Shown here: positions 21,421 through 31,798 of the stretch, one piece after another | Position numbering within the stretch: the stretch's first letter is position 1 | Layout of the letters: each line of letters begins with the position of its first letter | Origin: Candidatus Dojkabacteria bacterium | GTDB lineage: Bacteria > Patescibacteriota > Dojkabacteria > B142 > WJKM01 | Assembly: GCA_014729085.1 (NCBI GenBank) | Contig: WJKM01000006.1 | Coordinates: forward strand, 16,152-80,151 | Reading direction: 5' to 3' | Length of the DNA stretch: 64,000 nt | The notes under the pieces: model-generated | Seen by the model: the letters and a program-made list of their open reading frames with translations, nothing else | What the model was told of the DNA's origin: nothing | Database searches by the model: none | Made by a program: the position numbers and the translations under genes

Positions 21421-22518
21421 ATGGTCACCAAGCTTGCTAAGAAATCAAGAAAATCATATGTAATATTTTTTCTGGCTTTTACAGTTGTACTTGGAATAAT
21501 ATTCGTAATTTTATTGACAAGTAGATTAAAAGAACCTGAAAAAGTTAGTCCAGAGCAGGGAGAAGCATCGGTTATCAGGGATGAGCAACATAAGTATCTT
21601 TATGCCGTACAATCAGTATTGAAAGAAGATGGGTCAACGGGTTGGATTAAGACATGTAAAGTAAATCAAAATACAGATGTTTTAGAAGAAATTTTTGAGA
21701 TCTGTTCAAGTTGGGAAACATTCAATTTCCTAAATTCTGCAGGTATTCCTACCAAGGAAACTGATTCAGGGCAAGAAATTGAAATTACCAATTTTGGCGG
21801 ATATGATGCTATTCCATTCGTTGATGAGTCAGGTACTATTCAAAAAGTTAGACAGGTAGTTTTGGATGGCGAAAAAACAGAACCTGATAAAGATGTGTTT
21901 TATTGGACGAGAGTTTGTAATATAGACACTTCTGGTAATTCAATATATGGAGTAAAGAATTGGGCACAAGATTGTGAAAAATGGTCTAAGTCAGGATTAG
22001 TTTCAGAGATAGGATTATTGCCTGTAGATTCAAATTTTTTGTCAGTTGTAGATTTTGCAGCGCACGATTTTACCTATAAAGGTGAGCAAAGAGCATTTTT
22101 TGGAGTGGTATCAGTAAATAGTGCTGATTATTCGATTATTGAACAAATGACAGGCAAATATTTTGAATCATCTAATTTCGATGAAATAGATCCTAAAATG
22201 CATGCTGGAGAAGCTGCTTATTGGTTAGCATTTCCCGGTTTATACTCAGCTCATGGATCTTTTTCATATATTATGAATCCCCAATCAAGTTCGGGTCAGG
22301 AAAAGGTTGTGGAAAGAATAATTTCCGAAGGAGGTACAAGATTTTATGGAAGATTGTGTGATATAGAAAACAATGAAGGTGGAGCAGTGAGTGATTGTCA
22401 GTGGGAAGATGCAGGAGTATTAAATATTAGTAATAAAAATGGAGAACAGATTACATCTTTTGGGGGTTACGGAGTCTACACTTTTACTACAGAGAAGGAG
22501 ATTGTATTAAACAAATAA
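21421..22518 (+). CDS. Hypothetical membrane-anchored extracytoplasmic protein
   Basis: N-terminal TM helix (YVIFFLAFTVVLGIIFVILL) then a 330 aa soluble domain. No recognisable motif. Confidence 0.5.
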   Translation: MVTKLAKKSRKSYVIFFLAFTVVLGIIFVILLTSRLKEPEKVSPEQGEASVIRDEQHKYLYAVQSVLKEDGSTGWIKTCKVNQNTDVLEEIFEICSSWETFNFLNSAGIPTKETDSGQEIEITNFGGYDAIPFVDESGTIQKVRQVVLDGEKTEPDKDVFYWTRVCNIDTSGNSIYGVKNWAQDCEKWSKSGLVSEIGLLPVDSNFLSVVDFAAHDFTYKGEQRAFFGVVSVNSADYSIIEQMTGKYFESSNFDEIDPKMHAGEAAYWLAFPGLYSAHGSFSYIMNPQSSSGQEKVVERIISEGGTRFYGRLCDIENNEGGAVSDCQWEDAGVLNISNKNGEQITSFGGYGVYTFTTEKEIVLNK

Positions 22519-22730
22519 GGTTTTTAACTTCCATTGAATTGGTTTAAATAACATTGATTTATATTTCTTGTTGTTACGGAATTTGGAAATTTTCAATAAT
22601 TTACATTTTTCGTACAAGCTGCCGAAATTCTACATAAGCTTTCTGAAGTAGAATGATGGCAAATAATTCCGAGCGTAGCGAGGATTATGTGCTGATTATA
22701 TTTAATCCATTATATCTTCATTAATCTGAC

Positions 22731-24557
22731 ATGAAATTCACTCAATTTGTTCAATATCTAGAAAGGTTAGAAAAAATTACGTCTAGAAATGAAATTACTG
22801 AGATTTTGGCTGAACTTTTTGCTAAAGTCGAAAAAGAAGAAATAAAGGAAGTTGTATATCTCACCCTAGGACGTTTAGTTCCGAAGTTTGTTTCATTGGA
22901 ATTCAATGTATCGTCAAGATTATTTATAAAGGGTTTGTCTGGTTTGAATAACAAGGTTTTTGAAAATCCGGCACAGTCGAATAGAGTACAGGAATTATAT
23001 TCCCAAGAAGGAGATGTAGGCGCGGTTGCATCACATATGGTTCGGAAGATGAAACAAAAGGGTGATGACCTTGAGATAAAACAAGTATATGAAAAGTTAA
23101 AAATTATTGCAGAACTTGAAGGGGAGGGTTCTCAAGGTGCAAAAATTGAAAAAATTCAAAATTTGTTAAATAAATGCTCCCCTAATGAGGCTAAATTCAT
23201 TGGTAGAATAATCATTGGTAAGTTAAGACTTGGAGTGAGCGAGAAGACCGTTCTGGACGCTCTGTCTTGGTTTGAGGTTGGAGATAAAAGTTTGAGATCT
23301 GAAATCGAGAGAGCATATGGTGTTAGATCAGATATTGGATATATTGCAGATATTGTTAAAGGGTACTCAGGTGAAGAACTCATTAATGAATTGTCAAAAC
23401 TCAAAATTGAACCAGGGATTCCAGTTGCGAGTAAGCTAGTTGAGAGGGAGAAAAGCGTCGAAGCTGTTTTTGAACGGATGGAGGGGTCGTGCCTTGTTCA
23501 GCCTAAACTTGACGGACTTAGGGCGCAGATTCATTACAAGAAGTTTAATAATAAAAAAGGAAACGCTAAGAAATCAGATGTCCAGATTTTTAGCAGGAAT
23601 ATGGAAAATACGACTCACATGTTTCCCGATTTGGTGAGGTTCGTAAAGAGCAATCTTAACAACTCTATCAATAGTTTTGTTTTAGATTCGGAGGTAATTG
23701 CTTATGATCCGGAAAGTGGTCATTTATTGGAATTTCAAAAGACTATTCAAAGAAAAAGGAAGCATGATGTTAAGGAAAAATCCAAAGAAATACCGATTAA
23801 GGCTATGGTGTTTGATCTATTGTATATAGATGGAAAAGATATAAGTCGGAATAAGTTGGAAAAACGTATTCAAAAATTGGATAATTTGTGTCAAAAATTT
23901 GAAAATCCCCCAAATGATACAGAACACCTAATTGAGATGTTAGATAGTACAAAAGTTGATAACGAGGATAGTTTAAACGTATATTTTGAAGATCGGGTTG
24001 GGGAAGGGCTTGAGGGAGTAATTGTTAAAAAATTTAAAACACCATATGAGCCGGGTACGAGAAATTTTGATTGGATTAAGCTTAAGGCTAGTATAAAGGA
24101 TGATATGATTGATGAACTTGATGGTGTAGTACTTGGTTATTATCATGGGAAAGGAATTAGGAGTAAATTTGGCATTGGTGCTATTTTAGTAGGTATTTAC
24201 AACGAAAAATGCAATCAGTTTGAGACAGTTGCCAAGGTTGGGACCGGAATAACAGATGATGAATTCGTAACAATCAAAAAGGACCTAATGCGAATAACTA
24301 TAAAAAATAAGCCAAAAAATTATGAGATTGGTAATAATTTAAAACCTGATATTTATGTCGAGCCCGAGATAGTTGTGGTTGTTGAAGCCGATGAGATTAC
24401 AAGAAGTAAAATGCACACTGCATGTAAAGACGATCAGGGGAGGGGTCTATCTATGAGGTTTCCAAGACTCAAAATTTGGAACAGGCAGGATAAAGATGTA
24501 GAGCAGACCACAAGCCCTAAAGAATTAGAGGATATGTTTAATCTCAAAAACAAGTAA
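22731..24557 (+). CDS. ATP-dependent DNA ligase
   Basis: Motif I KLDGLR (adenylation lysine) in QPKLDGLRAQIHY. Nucleotidyltransferase and OB-fold-like downstream blocks (EGVIVK, DWIKLK). Confidence 0.85.
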   Translation: MKFTQFVQYLERLEKITSRNEITEILAELFAKVEKEEIKEVVYLTLGRLVPKFVSLEFNVSSRLFIKGLSGLNNKVFENPAQSNRVQELYSQEGDVGAVASHMVRKMKQKGDDLEIKQVYEKLKIIAELEGEGSQGAKIEKIQNLLNKCSPNEAKFIGRIIIGKLRLGVSEKTVLDALSWFEVGDKSLRSEIERAYGVRSDIGYIADIVKGYSGEELINELSKLKIEPGIPVASKLVEREKSVEAVFERMEGSCLVQPKLDGLRAQIHYKKFNNKKGNAKKSDVQIFSRNMENTTHMFPDLVRFVKSNLNNSINSFVLDSEVIAYDPESGHLLEFQKTIQRKRKHDVKEKSKEIPIKAMVFDLLYIDGKDISRNKLEKRIQKLDNLCQKFENPPNDTEHLIEMLDSTKVDNEDSLNVYFEDRVGEGLEGVIVKKFKTPYEPGTRNFDWIKLKASIKDDMIDELDGVVLGYYHGKGIRSKFGIGAILVGIYNEKCNQFETVAKVGTGITDDEFVTIKKDLMRITIKNKPKNYEIGNNLKPDIYVEPEIVVVVEADEITRSKMHTACKDDQGRGLSMRFPRLKIWNRQDKDVEQTTSPKELEDMFNLKNK

Positions 24558-24668
24558 TTTTGTGTTCGTATGACGATATTTTTGTCGCCAAAGAAATTTC
24601 CTTAAACCCTTGCAATCTTTCGATCCCCCAGTTTATAATATTCCGATGTTAATTTTTATGACACCATA

Positions 24669-25463
24669 ATGAATCTAACTAATATTTTTAAACAGCTTGG
24701 ACTAAAGGAGGAGCACGAAAAAGTATACCTTGCAAATTTAGCATGGGGGGAGACCATCATCACTAATCTTGCACGAAAAACAAAAATACCAAGAACTACA
24801 GTTTATTTGTTAATCGAAGATTTACTAAATTTTGGGCTAGTAACCCAGACACTCAAGAATGGCAAAACATATTATGTACCAGCCAGTCCTGAAATACTTG
24901 AAACTCTTTTGGAACAAAAACAAAAGCAGCTTCAAAATTCTATTTTTGAACTTAAATCTAAAATGTCAGATATTAAAGCAATGAATAATTCAAATTCAAA
25001 AAAACCCAAAGTTGAATTTTTGGAAGGGTCTGAGGGTATTAAGCAGGCATATGAGAGAACTTTTGAGGCAGAGGAGATTTGGATACAGTGTTTAACAGAA
25101 GATTACCAGCAGGTAATACCAGATAATTTCTTTGAGGACTACTTTAATAGGTTTTTTAAAAAGTCAGACATAAAATCAAAAGAAATTTTGAAGTTAGATG
25201 ACGAAGACTACGTTTCCAAGTACCAGTCAGATAAAAATTTACAGTTAAGAGTTCCTATCCAAAGTAAAACAGAAACAGATTTCTGGGTTTATGATAATAA
25301 AGTCACCTTTATTTCATTTAATAAAGATCGACCGTATGCCCTAGTTATTGAAGATGAAGATATAGCTAGATGTGTTAGAAATATGTATGATTTGGCTTGG
25401 AAAAGAGCAAGCGAGATTGATCCCCGAGTAAGAAAAGGTAAAGAAGTGAGGACTGATTTCTAA
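24669..25463 (+). CDS. TrmB-like HTH transcriptional regulator (tentative)
   Basis: N-terminal HTH resembling TrmB family (LGLKEEHEKVYLANLAWGETIITNLARKTKIPRTTVYLLIEDLLNFGLV). Confidence 0.5.
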   Translation: MNLTNIFKQLGLKEEHEKVYLANLAWGETIITNLARKTKIPRTTVYLLIEDLLNFGLVTQTLKNGKTYYVPASPEILETLLEQKQKQLQNSIFELKSKMSDIKAMNNSNSKKPKVEFLEGSEGIKQAYERTFEAEEIWIQCLTEDYQQVIPDNFFEDYFNRFFKKSDIKSKEILKLDDEDYVSKYQSDKNLQLRVPIQSKTETDFWVYDNKVTFISFNKDRPYALVIEDEDIARCVRNMYDLAWKRASEIDPRVRKGKEVRTDF

Positions 25464-25716
25464 AAAGAAATAGGGGATTCTAAACCGTGAAGCAGAATCC
25501 CCTGTTTAATTTTAGCATGATTTGAGTTACTCCCGTTATTCGACAAAACAGAAGTTTATAAGAGTCCTCATCTTTGAATCAGAAGCAGGTCTAAATTAAT
25601 TTTATGCCTATTCTTAACTATATAATGCCAATGCAAGGTATAGAAAATTTGGTTCTGAAAGCGTTGATTTGTTTATTGGTATATAATTAAGATAAATTAA
25701 ATTCATCTATATACCC

Positions 25717-26088
25717 ATGGGAAGCTACATAGAAATCAACGATACCCTTCGTATTACTAAAAAACAAGGTTTTCCCGAAGAGTTGGATATCAATCAATAT
25801 AAAAACTCCGCTTTGGATGCAGAGGGGTTTCAAGACAGATTATTTGAATTCAAGGGTAAGCCAAATATCCGTATTTACCATGCACCACCGGTTAGAGTTT
25901 TCCTGGTTGAAGATATCGATGGAAAATGGTTGTACTGGGGAATTGTGCATATATTAGAAACTACTCTGGATATGGAAAAAAAGATTACTTCAGGTAAATA
26001 TAAAATAGTCAAAATTTTTACATTAGAAGAGATGAAAAAGGCGCATGAGCTTATAGATGGTAATCCAGATACAAACTATTTTAATTAG
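25717..26088 (+). CDS. Hypothetical protein
   Basis: 123 aa ORF, no motif recognised. Confidence 0.4.
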   Translation: MGSYIEINDTLRITKKQGFPEELDINQYKNSALDAEGFQDRLFEFKGKPNIRIYHAPPVRVFLVEDIDGKWLYWGIVHILETTLDMEKKITSGKYKIVKIFTLEEMKKAHELIDGNPDTNYFN

Positions 26089-26101
26089 TCAGTTTTATAT
26101 T

Positions 26102-26443
26102 ATGAAAATATTAAAAAAAGAAGCAAAGAAAGTTCAAAATTCGCCTGATTGTACAGTCTGGGAGTATGAATTCCCGAGTGAGTTGATGAGTTTTGCAACA
26201 TGTTTGATAGATGGACGTTATCCAGATAAGGGAAGGGTAAGCAATACTGAATGCGAAGAGATATACTTTGTTTTGTCTGGAGATGGAACTGTTCATTCCG
26301 AGGAGGGTGATTTCGATCTTGCAAAAGGGGATATGTACGCATTCAAGAAAGGAGAGAAATACTGGGTAGAGGGGAATGAGTTCAGACTTGCGTTGTTTAA
26401 CGCACCTAAATGGACCCCTGAACAACATGAAATAATCAGTTAA
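26102..26443 (+). CDS. Cupin-domain protein (start at internal ATG 26102; ORF opens 26057)
   Basis: Cupin-like two-motif pattern (EEIYFVLSGDGTVH...GDMYAFKKGEKYWVEG). Confidence 0.55.
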   Translation: MKILKKEAKKVQNSPDCTVWEYEFPSELMSFATCLIDGRYPDKGRVSNTECEEIYFVLSGDGTVHSEEGDFDLAKGDMYAFKKGEKYWVEGNEFRLALFNAPKWTPEQHEIIS

Positions 26444-26459
26444 CAAAATAAGAAATAAA

Positions 26460-27155
26460 ATGAAAGATAATTTTCCAAATATTAAACAAAAAGCAGACTC
26501 AAGTGCATGTGGCCCTTCTTGTCTGCAAGCCATTTATAAATATTATGGCAAAGATTTAAAACTAAAAATGATACTTGAGGATTTGCATATAGATAAAGAT
26601 ACATCTACTTATGTTTCTCAACTTGCAAGACATCTAAATACAAATCATTTAAGTACTACATTGATTTCTTCTAATCCTTTTGTCGTTTCTCCTGACTGGA
26701 AAGCTAAACCAAAAAAAGTTGTTATTAAAGAATTGAAGGAATGGATTCTTCACCATTTCAACAAAGGCAAGGTGGAAAATATTTGGATTAAAGAGGCCTT
26801 GTATTTACTCTTTTATTTACAGGAAGGAGGAAATCTGAAAATTTCAAATATAACAACGGATCTAATAGATAAATATCTTGAGGACCAGAATTTAATCTTA
26901 TGTTGTCTTGCAGAAAACTGGATCTGGGGTAAAAGAAAGATATCCAAAGTTGTAGAGTATGATAATATTAAAGGCCATGTAAATGGACATTTTGTTATAG
27001 TATATGACAAAAATAAAGGAGATTATCAAATAAGTGATCCATATCCTACTTCTATTGAAAACAAAGAGGGACTTTATGCTATTAATAAAGAAGAATTGCT
27101 TACAGCAACACTCACCTGGTCCCACGAGATTTTAATAGTGAATAATATAAAATAA
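26460..27155 (+). CDS. Standalone peptidase C39-like (papain-fold cysteine peptidase) domain protein
   Basis: Q-x5-CGPSCL motif (QKADSSACGPSCLQAIYKYYG) matching the C39 catalytic Cys context. Downstream His (NGHFVIVYD) and Asp (ISDPYP). Confidence 0.65.
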   Translation: MKDNFPNIKQKADSSACGPSCLQAIYKYYGKDLKLKMILEDLHIDKDTSTYVSQLARHLNTNHLSTTLISSNPFVVSPDWKAKPKKVVIKELKEWILHHFNKGKVENIWIKEALYLLFYLQEGGNLKISNITTDLIDKYLEDQNLILCCLAENWIWGKRKISKVVEYDNIKGHVNGHFVIVYDKNKGDYQISDPYPTSIENKEGLYAINKEELLTATLTWSHEILIVNNIK

Positions 27156-27171
27156 AATTTTTACACTTAAA

Positions 27172-28248
27172 ATGGAATTTCAAGAAATTACAAGTAAAGA
27201 AGAGTGGAATAAATTTGTGCTTTTTAACCCCCATACAGATATATTACAATCTTGGGAATGGGGAGAAACAAAGAAAATTGAAGGATGGAAGCCTTATAGA
27301 TTTGGAGTTAAAGATGGTTTAGAAGAATATGGTTTTTCCGAGGGGGAGTTATTGGTTGGGGCACAAGTTTTGGTAAAGAAGTATAAGTTTTTTGGTAAGT
27401 TGGCCTATATACCTCATGGGCCGGTTTTTATCACCCCTCCAGACAGGGATCTGCCCAACGCATTATGGAAGAAATTTGAAAGAGGACTCATAAAATGGGC
27501 TAAAAAGAATAGGATTTTTACAGTAGAGCTTGAACCAAAAGCAACTTTTCATGAGGCAAGGTTTGGAGAATATAGATTTTTAGAAAATTGGAAAATAACC
27601 AAACGCAATAGACAGCCTAAATATAAACTAATTATGGATATTACCCAGTCTGAGAAAGAAATACTTGCAGGAATGAAAAAAAACACACGATATAATGTTC
27701 GTTATGCAAAAAGAAAAGGAGTAAAGATTAACAAGTATGATTTTAGTGATCCCAGCATTGATAAGGTTATTGATAGGTTTTACGATCTGGTTTTAAGGAT
27801 GCAGGAGAGAGCTGAAGGATATCCTGTTAGGCCGAAAAAATATTTTCAAAATTTAGTAGAACAATTCAAAGGTACTAAGAATATGATGTTCATTGAAGCT
27901 GAATACGATGGAGATGTTGTAGCGATGAATATTTCTCAATTTACTAAATTTTGGGCATCAAGTTTTTATGCGGGATCTATAAGAAAACATTCCAAAAAAA
28001 AGCCTCCTTATTTACTGAGATGGGCTTCGATTTTAGAGGCAAAGGAAAGGGGTTGTGATATATATGACTTCTGGGGAATTGTACCTGATTCCAAACACCA
28101 TAAGGGCTATAGCAAACATAAACTTAGTTTTGGTGGTGACCGTATTGATTTTGTTGGTGTGTTAATATATCCACTTTCTTGGAAAGCAAGGTTGTGGGAG
28201 ATAGCTATGTGGATACAAAAGAAGAAAGCAGAATTTAAGTGGAGTTAA
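27172..28248 (+). CDS. FemAB-family aminoacyl-tRNA-dependent peptidyltransferase, paralog 1
   Basis: FemAB/FemX-like pattern (QSWEWGETKK...KPYRFGV; NTRYNVRYAKRKGVKI). First of three tandem paralogs. Confidence 0.78.
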   Translation: MEFQEITSKEEWNKFVLFNPHTDILQSWEWGETKKIEGWKPYRFGVKDGLEEYGFSEGELLVGAQVLVKKYKFFGKLAYIPHGPVFITPPDRDLPNALWKKFERGLIKWAKKNRIFTVELEPKATFHEARFGEYRFLENWKITKRNRQPKYKLIMDITQSEKEILAGMKKNTRYNVRYAKRKGVKINKYDFSDPSIDKVIDRFYDLVLRMQERAEGYPVRPKKYFQNLVEQFKGTKNMMFIEAEYDGDVVAMNISQFTKFWASSFYAGSIRKHSKKKPPYLLRWASILEAKERGCDIYDFWGIVPDSKHHKGYSKHKLSFGGDRIDFVGVLIYPLSWKARLWEIAMWIQKKKAEFKWS

Positions 28249-28268
28249 TATAATTTTGATTAAGAAGA

Positions 28269-29291
28269 ATGGGACTCGAATTTAAAACAGTTAAACATAA
28301 GGATGAGTGGGATCAATTTGTGCAGGCTCTAAATAGATATTCTTTTGTACAAAGTTGGTCCTATACTCATGTTTTTGATACTTTAGCCGAAAGAGTAGAA
28401 CGAATAGGAGTTTATGACTCAAATGAACTCCGAGCTCTTTTGCCTCTTGGTATTATAAAAGCAAAGAGAGGAAACTATTTAAAGTTAAGACATGGACCCA
28501 TTCTTGCAGAAAAAGACAGTCAACTTTTTTCCGAAATTGTAAAATTTTTTAAAGATCTATCGAAAGAAGAAGATTTAAGTTTTGTTAGAATTCATCCTAT
28601 TATTGATGAGACATCTGTTTTAGAGGAAGAGGGTTTTAGACATGCTCCAACTCATAATCTTGATGGAGAAAAGACTCTGCAGTTGGAACTAAAAGGTAGA
28701 ACCGAAAAAGATATTAAGATGAGTATGCGAAAAAATACTAGATACTATATACGTAAGTCTTTTAGGGAAGGTGTGGAGATAGTTAAGGATAATGATGATT
28801 TCGAATCTTTTTATAAATTGTTTTTGAAAACAGCGGATCGGCAGCATTATACTCCCTGGCCAAAAAGATATTATCAAAAACTGTTCGATCAGTTTAAGCC
28901 GGGAGAAAGAAATTTATTTTTTGCGGAAGTAAAAGGAGAGAAGGTTGCTTTTGGTCTTTTTATTGATTACGGGAAATATAGGTTTTACAAAGAAGGAGGG
29001 ATGTTGATGAATTTTTCAAAATATTACCCGTCTTATGCTGTCCAATGGGCGGCCATTGCTGATGCGATGGATAAAGATATTGAAGTATATGATTTTTGGG
29101 GTGGAGTATCACCAAAAGATAAAGATGGAAATATAATAAAGAATTACCCCTGGGCAGGTATTAATTTATTTAAAGCCGGGTTTGGGGGAAAAGAGATAGG
29201 TATGGTTCATCCTCATGATTTACCTCTTGATTGGAAGTATTGGATTACCTGGGCTTTTGAGAGTATGGAAAAGTGGAAGAGAGGCTATTAA
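28269..29291 (+). CDS. FemAB-family peptidyltransferase, paralog 2
   Basis: Same architecture (VQSWSYTHVF..., NTRYYIRKSFREGVEIV, FKAGFGG). Confidence 0.78.
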   Translation: MGLEFKTVKHKDEWDQFVQALNRYSFVQSWSYTHVFDTLAERVERIGVYDSNELRALLPLGIIKAKRGNYLKLRHGPILAEKDSQLFSEIVKFFKDLSKEEDLSFVRIHPIIDETSVLEEEGFRHAPTHNLDGEKTLQLELKGRTEKDIKMSMRKNTRYYIRKSFREGVEIVKDNDDFESFYKLFLKTADRQHYTPWPKRYYQKLFDQFKPGERNLFFAEVKGEKVAFGLFIDYGKYRFYKEGGMLMNFSKYYPSYAVQWAAIADAMDKDIEVYDFWGGVSPKDKDGNIIKNYPWAGINLFKAGFGGKEIGMVHPHDLPLDWKYWITWAFESMEKWKRGY

Positions 29292-29342
29292 GAATCCTAA
29301 ATAATTCGCCATTTTTATTTCAGTTCAGAATATTTCAAGAGA

Positions 29343-30371
29343 ATGATAGAACAAGTTGAAAGCAAGGAGTTGTACAAAAAATTTTTTGCGAAAGAGAAAC
29401 TCTGTTTTTTACAATCCTGGGAATGGGGTGAAGTCAAGAAACCGAACTGGAAACCCATGCGTTTATTAGCAAATCAAATCCCAATTCAGATTTTTATTAG
29501 AAAAATTCCTGTTATTAATCAAAGTTTTGGGTATATACCTAGATTGTTAGATAAGAAGAATTTTACCCCAGAAATTCTCAAAAAATTAATCAATTTCTTT
29601 AAGTATGAAATTAAATTATCTCATCTAATAATTGAACCGAATTTAACTAAAGCTGATAATTTTGAAGACCTGAATAGTATCTTGAATAATTTAAGATTTA
29701 AAAAAACCGGCAGAACAATCCAGCCTAATTACACTAATATTATTGATTTAACCCAATCATATGAGGAAATTTTTGCCAATTTTCGTTCTACATATAGGAG
29801 AAATATTCGTAAAGCTAAAAAATTAGGTTGTAAATCCGCGATATTTGAAAAAGGTAATGAACCGTTATCAAGATTTTTTAGAATAATGAATGCAATTATG
29901 CAGAGAACTAAGTATGTGATGCATGGAAAAAAATATTTTGAAAAAGTATGGAATGAATTATCGAAATCAAATCAGGCAAAAATTTATATTATTTCGAGAA
30001 AAAAAGAAGATCTAGGAGCCCTTTTTGTTGTTTTTGATAACAAAGGGGCATATGAGCTATATGGTGGTATTAATGAAGCTGGGAGAAGGTATAGGGCTGG
30101 ATTTTTATTACGTGATGTATCGATTAAAGATTCAAAAGCAATGAGTAAAGAATTATATGACCAGTGGGGTGTCGCCGCGTTTTCCGAGGAAGGCTATTCC
30201 GAGAAAAGTGAGTTGGTAGGTGTTTCACGTTTCAAAGCAGGCTTTGGTGGTCAAGACATCGAATATTTTCCACAATATATATATGTGAATCATAAGCCTG
30301 GATATTTTGTCTACCGTCTAGGAGTATTTTTTAATAAAATGAAAATTAAATTTTCAAAAATTATTAGGTAA
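29343..30371 (+). CDS. FemAB-family peptidyltransferase, paralog 3
   Basis: LQSWEWGEVKK..., TYRRNIRKAKKLGCKS, FKAGFGGQ. Third tandem paralog. Confidence 0.75.
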   Translation: MIEQVESKELYKKFFAKEKLCFLQSWEWGEVKKPNWKPMRLLANQIPIQIFIRKIPVINQSFGYIPRLLDKKNFTPEILKKLINFFKYEIKLSHLIIEPNLTKADNFEDLNSILNNLRFKKTGRTIQPNYTNIIDLTQSYEEIFANFRSTYRRNIRKAKKLGCKSAIFEKGNEPLSRFFRIMNAIMQRTKYVMHGKKYFEKVWNELSKSNQAKIYIISRKKEDLGALFVVFDNKGAYELYGGINEAGRRYRAGFLLRDVSIKDSKAMSKELYDQWGVAAFSEEGYSEKSELVGVSRFKAGFGGQDIEYFPQYIYVNHKPGYFVYRLGVFFNKMKIKFSKIIR

Positions 30372-30418
30372 TATTGTAATATTGAATTGGTATTTGGTTA
30401 TTTAAGATTTAATCATTA

Positions 30419-31780
30419 GTGGGAAAATTACAAAAGTCAAAAACGAAACTTCTTATTGTATTGGGGCTTCTTCTTATATTAATCTCCCTATTTGTAATTA
30501 TTCAGTATCTAAATTATGACTTATCTCCTGATAATTCTTTTGCTGATGAACTTGGGGAGGAAATTACGATTACTGAGATTTCAAAACACTTAGTTTTAGC
30601 AGAGATTGGAGAATATCAAAGTCAGTATTCTCCTTGGGTAATGCATAAATCAGGATGGAAAAGTTATTTAATGTTCTATTGCAAAAATACAAATATTGGT
30701 GGTGTGTCCCGTGATAGAGTTTGGAGAGCAGAAAGTTTTGATGGAGGTATTAGTGGGTGGACAAATGAACAAGTGATCTTAGAAGGCGAGCTGGGAGAAA
30801 AGGATGATTTGTCATGTTCACCTGGTGTAGTTATCGATCAGGAAGGTTTAATGCATATTTACTATGTGACAGGAGATAGAGATGAAGATATGGTTTTGTA
30901 TCTTTATCATGCGACTGCTCCACAGCCTGGTGTGAAATGGACTAAAAAAGGGCCGGTACAGGGTATACCCCAACCACTTCCAGGGTATATAGAAACGCCA
31001 AGTCCGTATTTAATAGATGGACAAATCGTTGTTTATATTTCCGCAGGTTCTGAGGGAATATACAAGATTTCAAGTGTAGATGGACATAATTTTACGGGTT
31101 TAGAAACAGTGAGAGCACCTCGTGCGCAGGCAGGGCGAGTTCAACTATATAAAGATAAATTCTTTTATGTTTATTCGAAAAATGAAGAGCGTTATAAACC
31201 TCCCAATAAAATTTTTTTGAGTATTTCCAATATTGATACTTCTTTTCCAGACGGTAAGTTGATTATGGAATCTAATGGAAAAGAATGGGATGCTCTTCAA
31301 ATGTGGAGCCCTCATATGATTAGGGTTGATGCTTTATGGAGAATATATTACGCTGGAAATAAGAGTTCCGAGGGTTGGTGGGGAGCAAATACTTCTATTG
31401 GTTTACGTGAATTTATGATTGATTTCCCGACTAGGTCACCTACGTCTAGACCCGATGGTTTAACCGCGACAGAGAATTCCATAAGTCCGTCTATGCCTAA
31501 CTATTCCGATAATCAGGGAGATGAGCAGATTATAAATTATATAAAATGTGGAACTCTAGATTATAATCAGGATAATAAAATTAACTTACTTGATTTCGAA
31601 AACTTTAAGACAACATACTTGAAATTTAATCATAGTGATACAAATTCTATGTATTATAGATGTAGGGATAGTTTAGAAAGTGACTCGTGCGGATTTATTG
31701 ACAATGATAATAATGAGATAGTTGATATAATAGACTTTAAGAATTTTATTGATAAATATCATCAAGAAAAATGCAGCTGA
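30419..31780 (+). CDS. Secreted/membrane-anchored beta-propeller-like protein (GH43/sialidase-like, tentative) with C-terminal dockerin-like Ca-binding repeats
   Basis: GTG start. N-terminal TM (LLIVLGLLLILISLFVII). C-terminal paired repeats DYNQDNKINLLDFENF and DNDNNEIVDIIDFKNF resembling dockerin type I EF-hand-like repeats. Confidence 0.55.
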   Translation: MGKLQKSKTKLLIVLGLLLILISLFVIIQYLNYDLSPDNSFADELGEEITITEISKHLVLAEIGEYQSQYSPWVMHKSGWKSYLMFYCKNTNIGGVSRDRVWRAESFDGGISGWTNEQVILEGELGEKDDLSCSPGVVIDQEGLMHIYYVTGDRDEDMVLYLYHATAPQPGVKWTKKGPVQGIPQPLPGYIETPSPYLIDGQIVVYISAGSEGIYKISSVDGHNFTGLETVRAPRAQAGRVQLYKDKFFYVYSKNEERYKPPNKIFLSISNIDTSFPDGKLIMESNGKEWDALQMWSPHMIRVDALWRIYYAGNKSSEGWWGANTSIGLREFMIDFPTRSPTSRPDGLTATENSISPSMPNYSDNQGDEQIINYIKCGTLDYNQDNKINLLDFENFKTTYLKFNHSDTNSMYYRCRDSLESDSCGFIDNDNNEIVDIIDFKNFIDKYHQEKCS

Positions 31781-31798
31781 TTTTATAAGTATCAAAGA

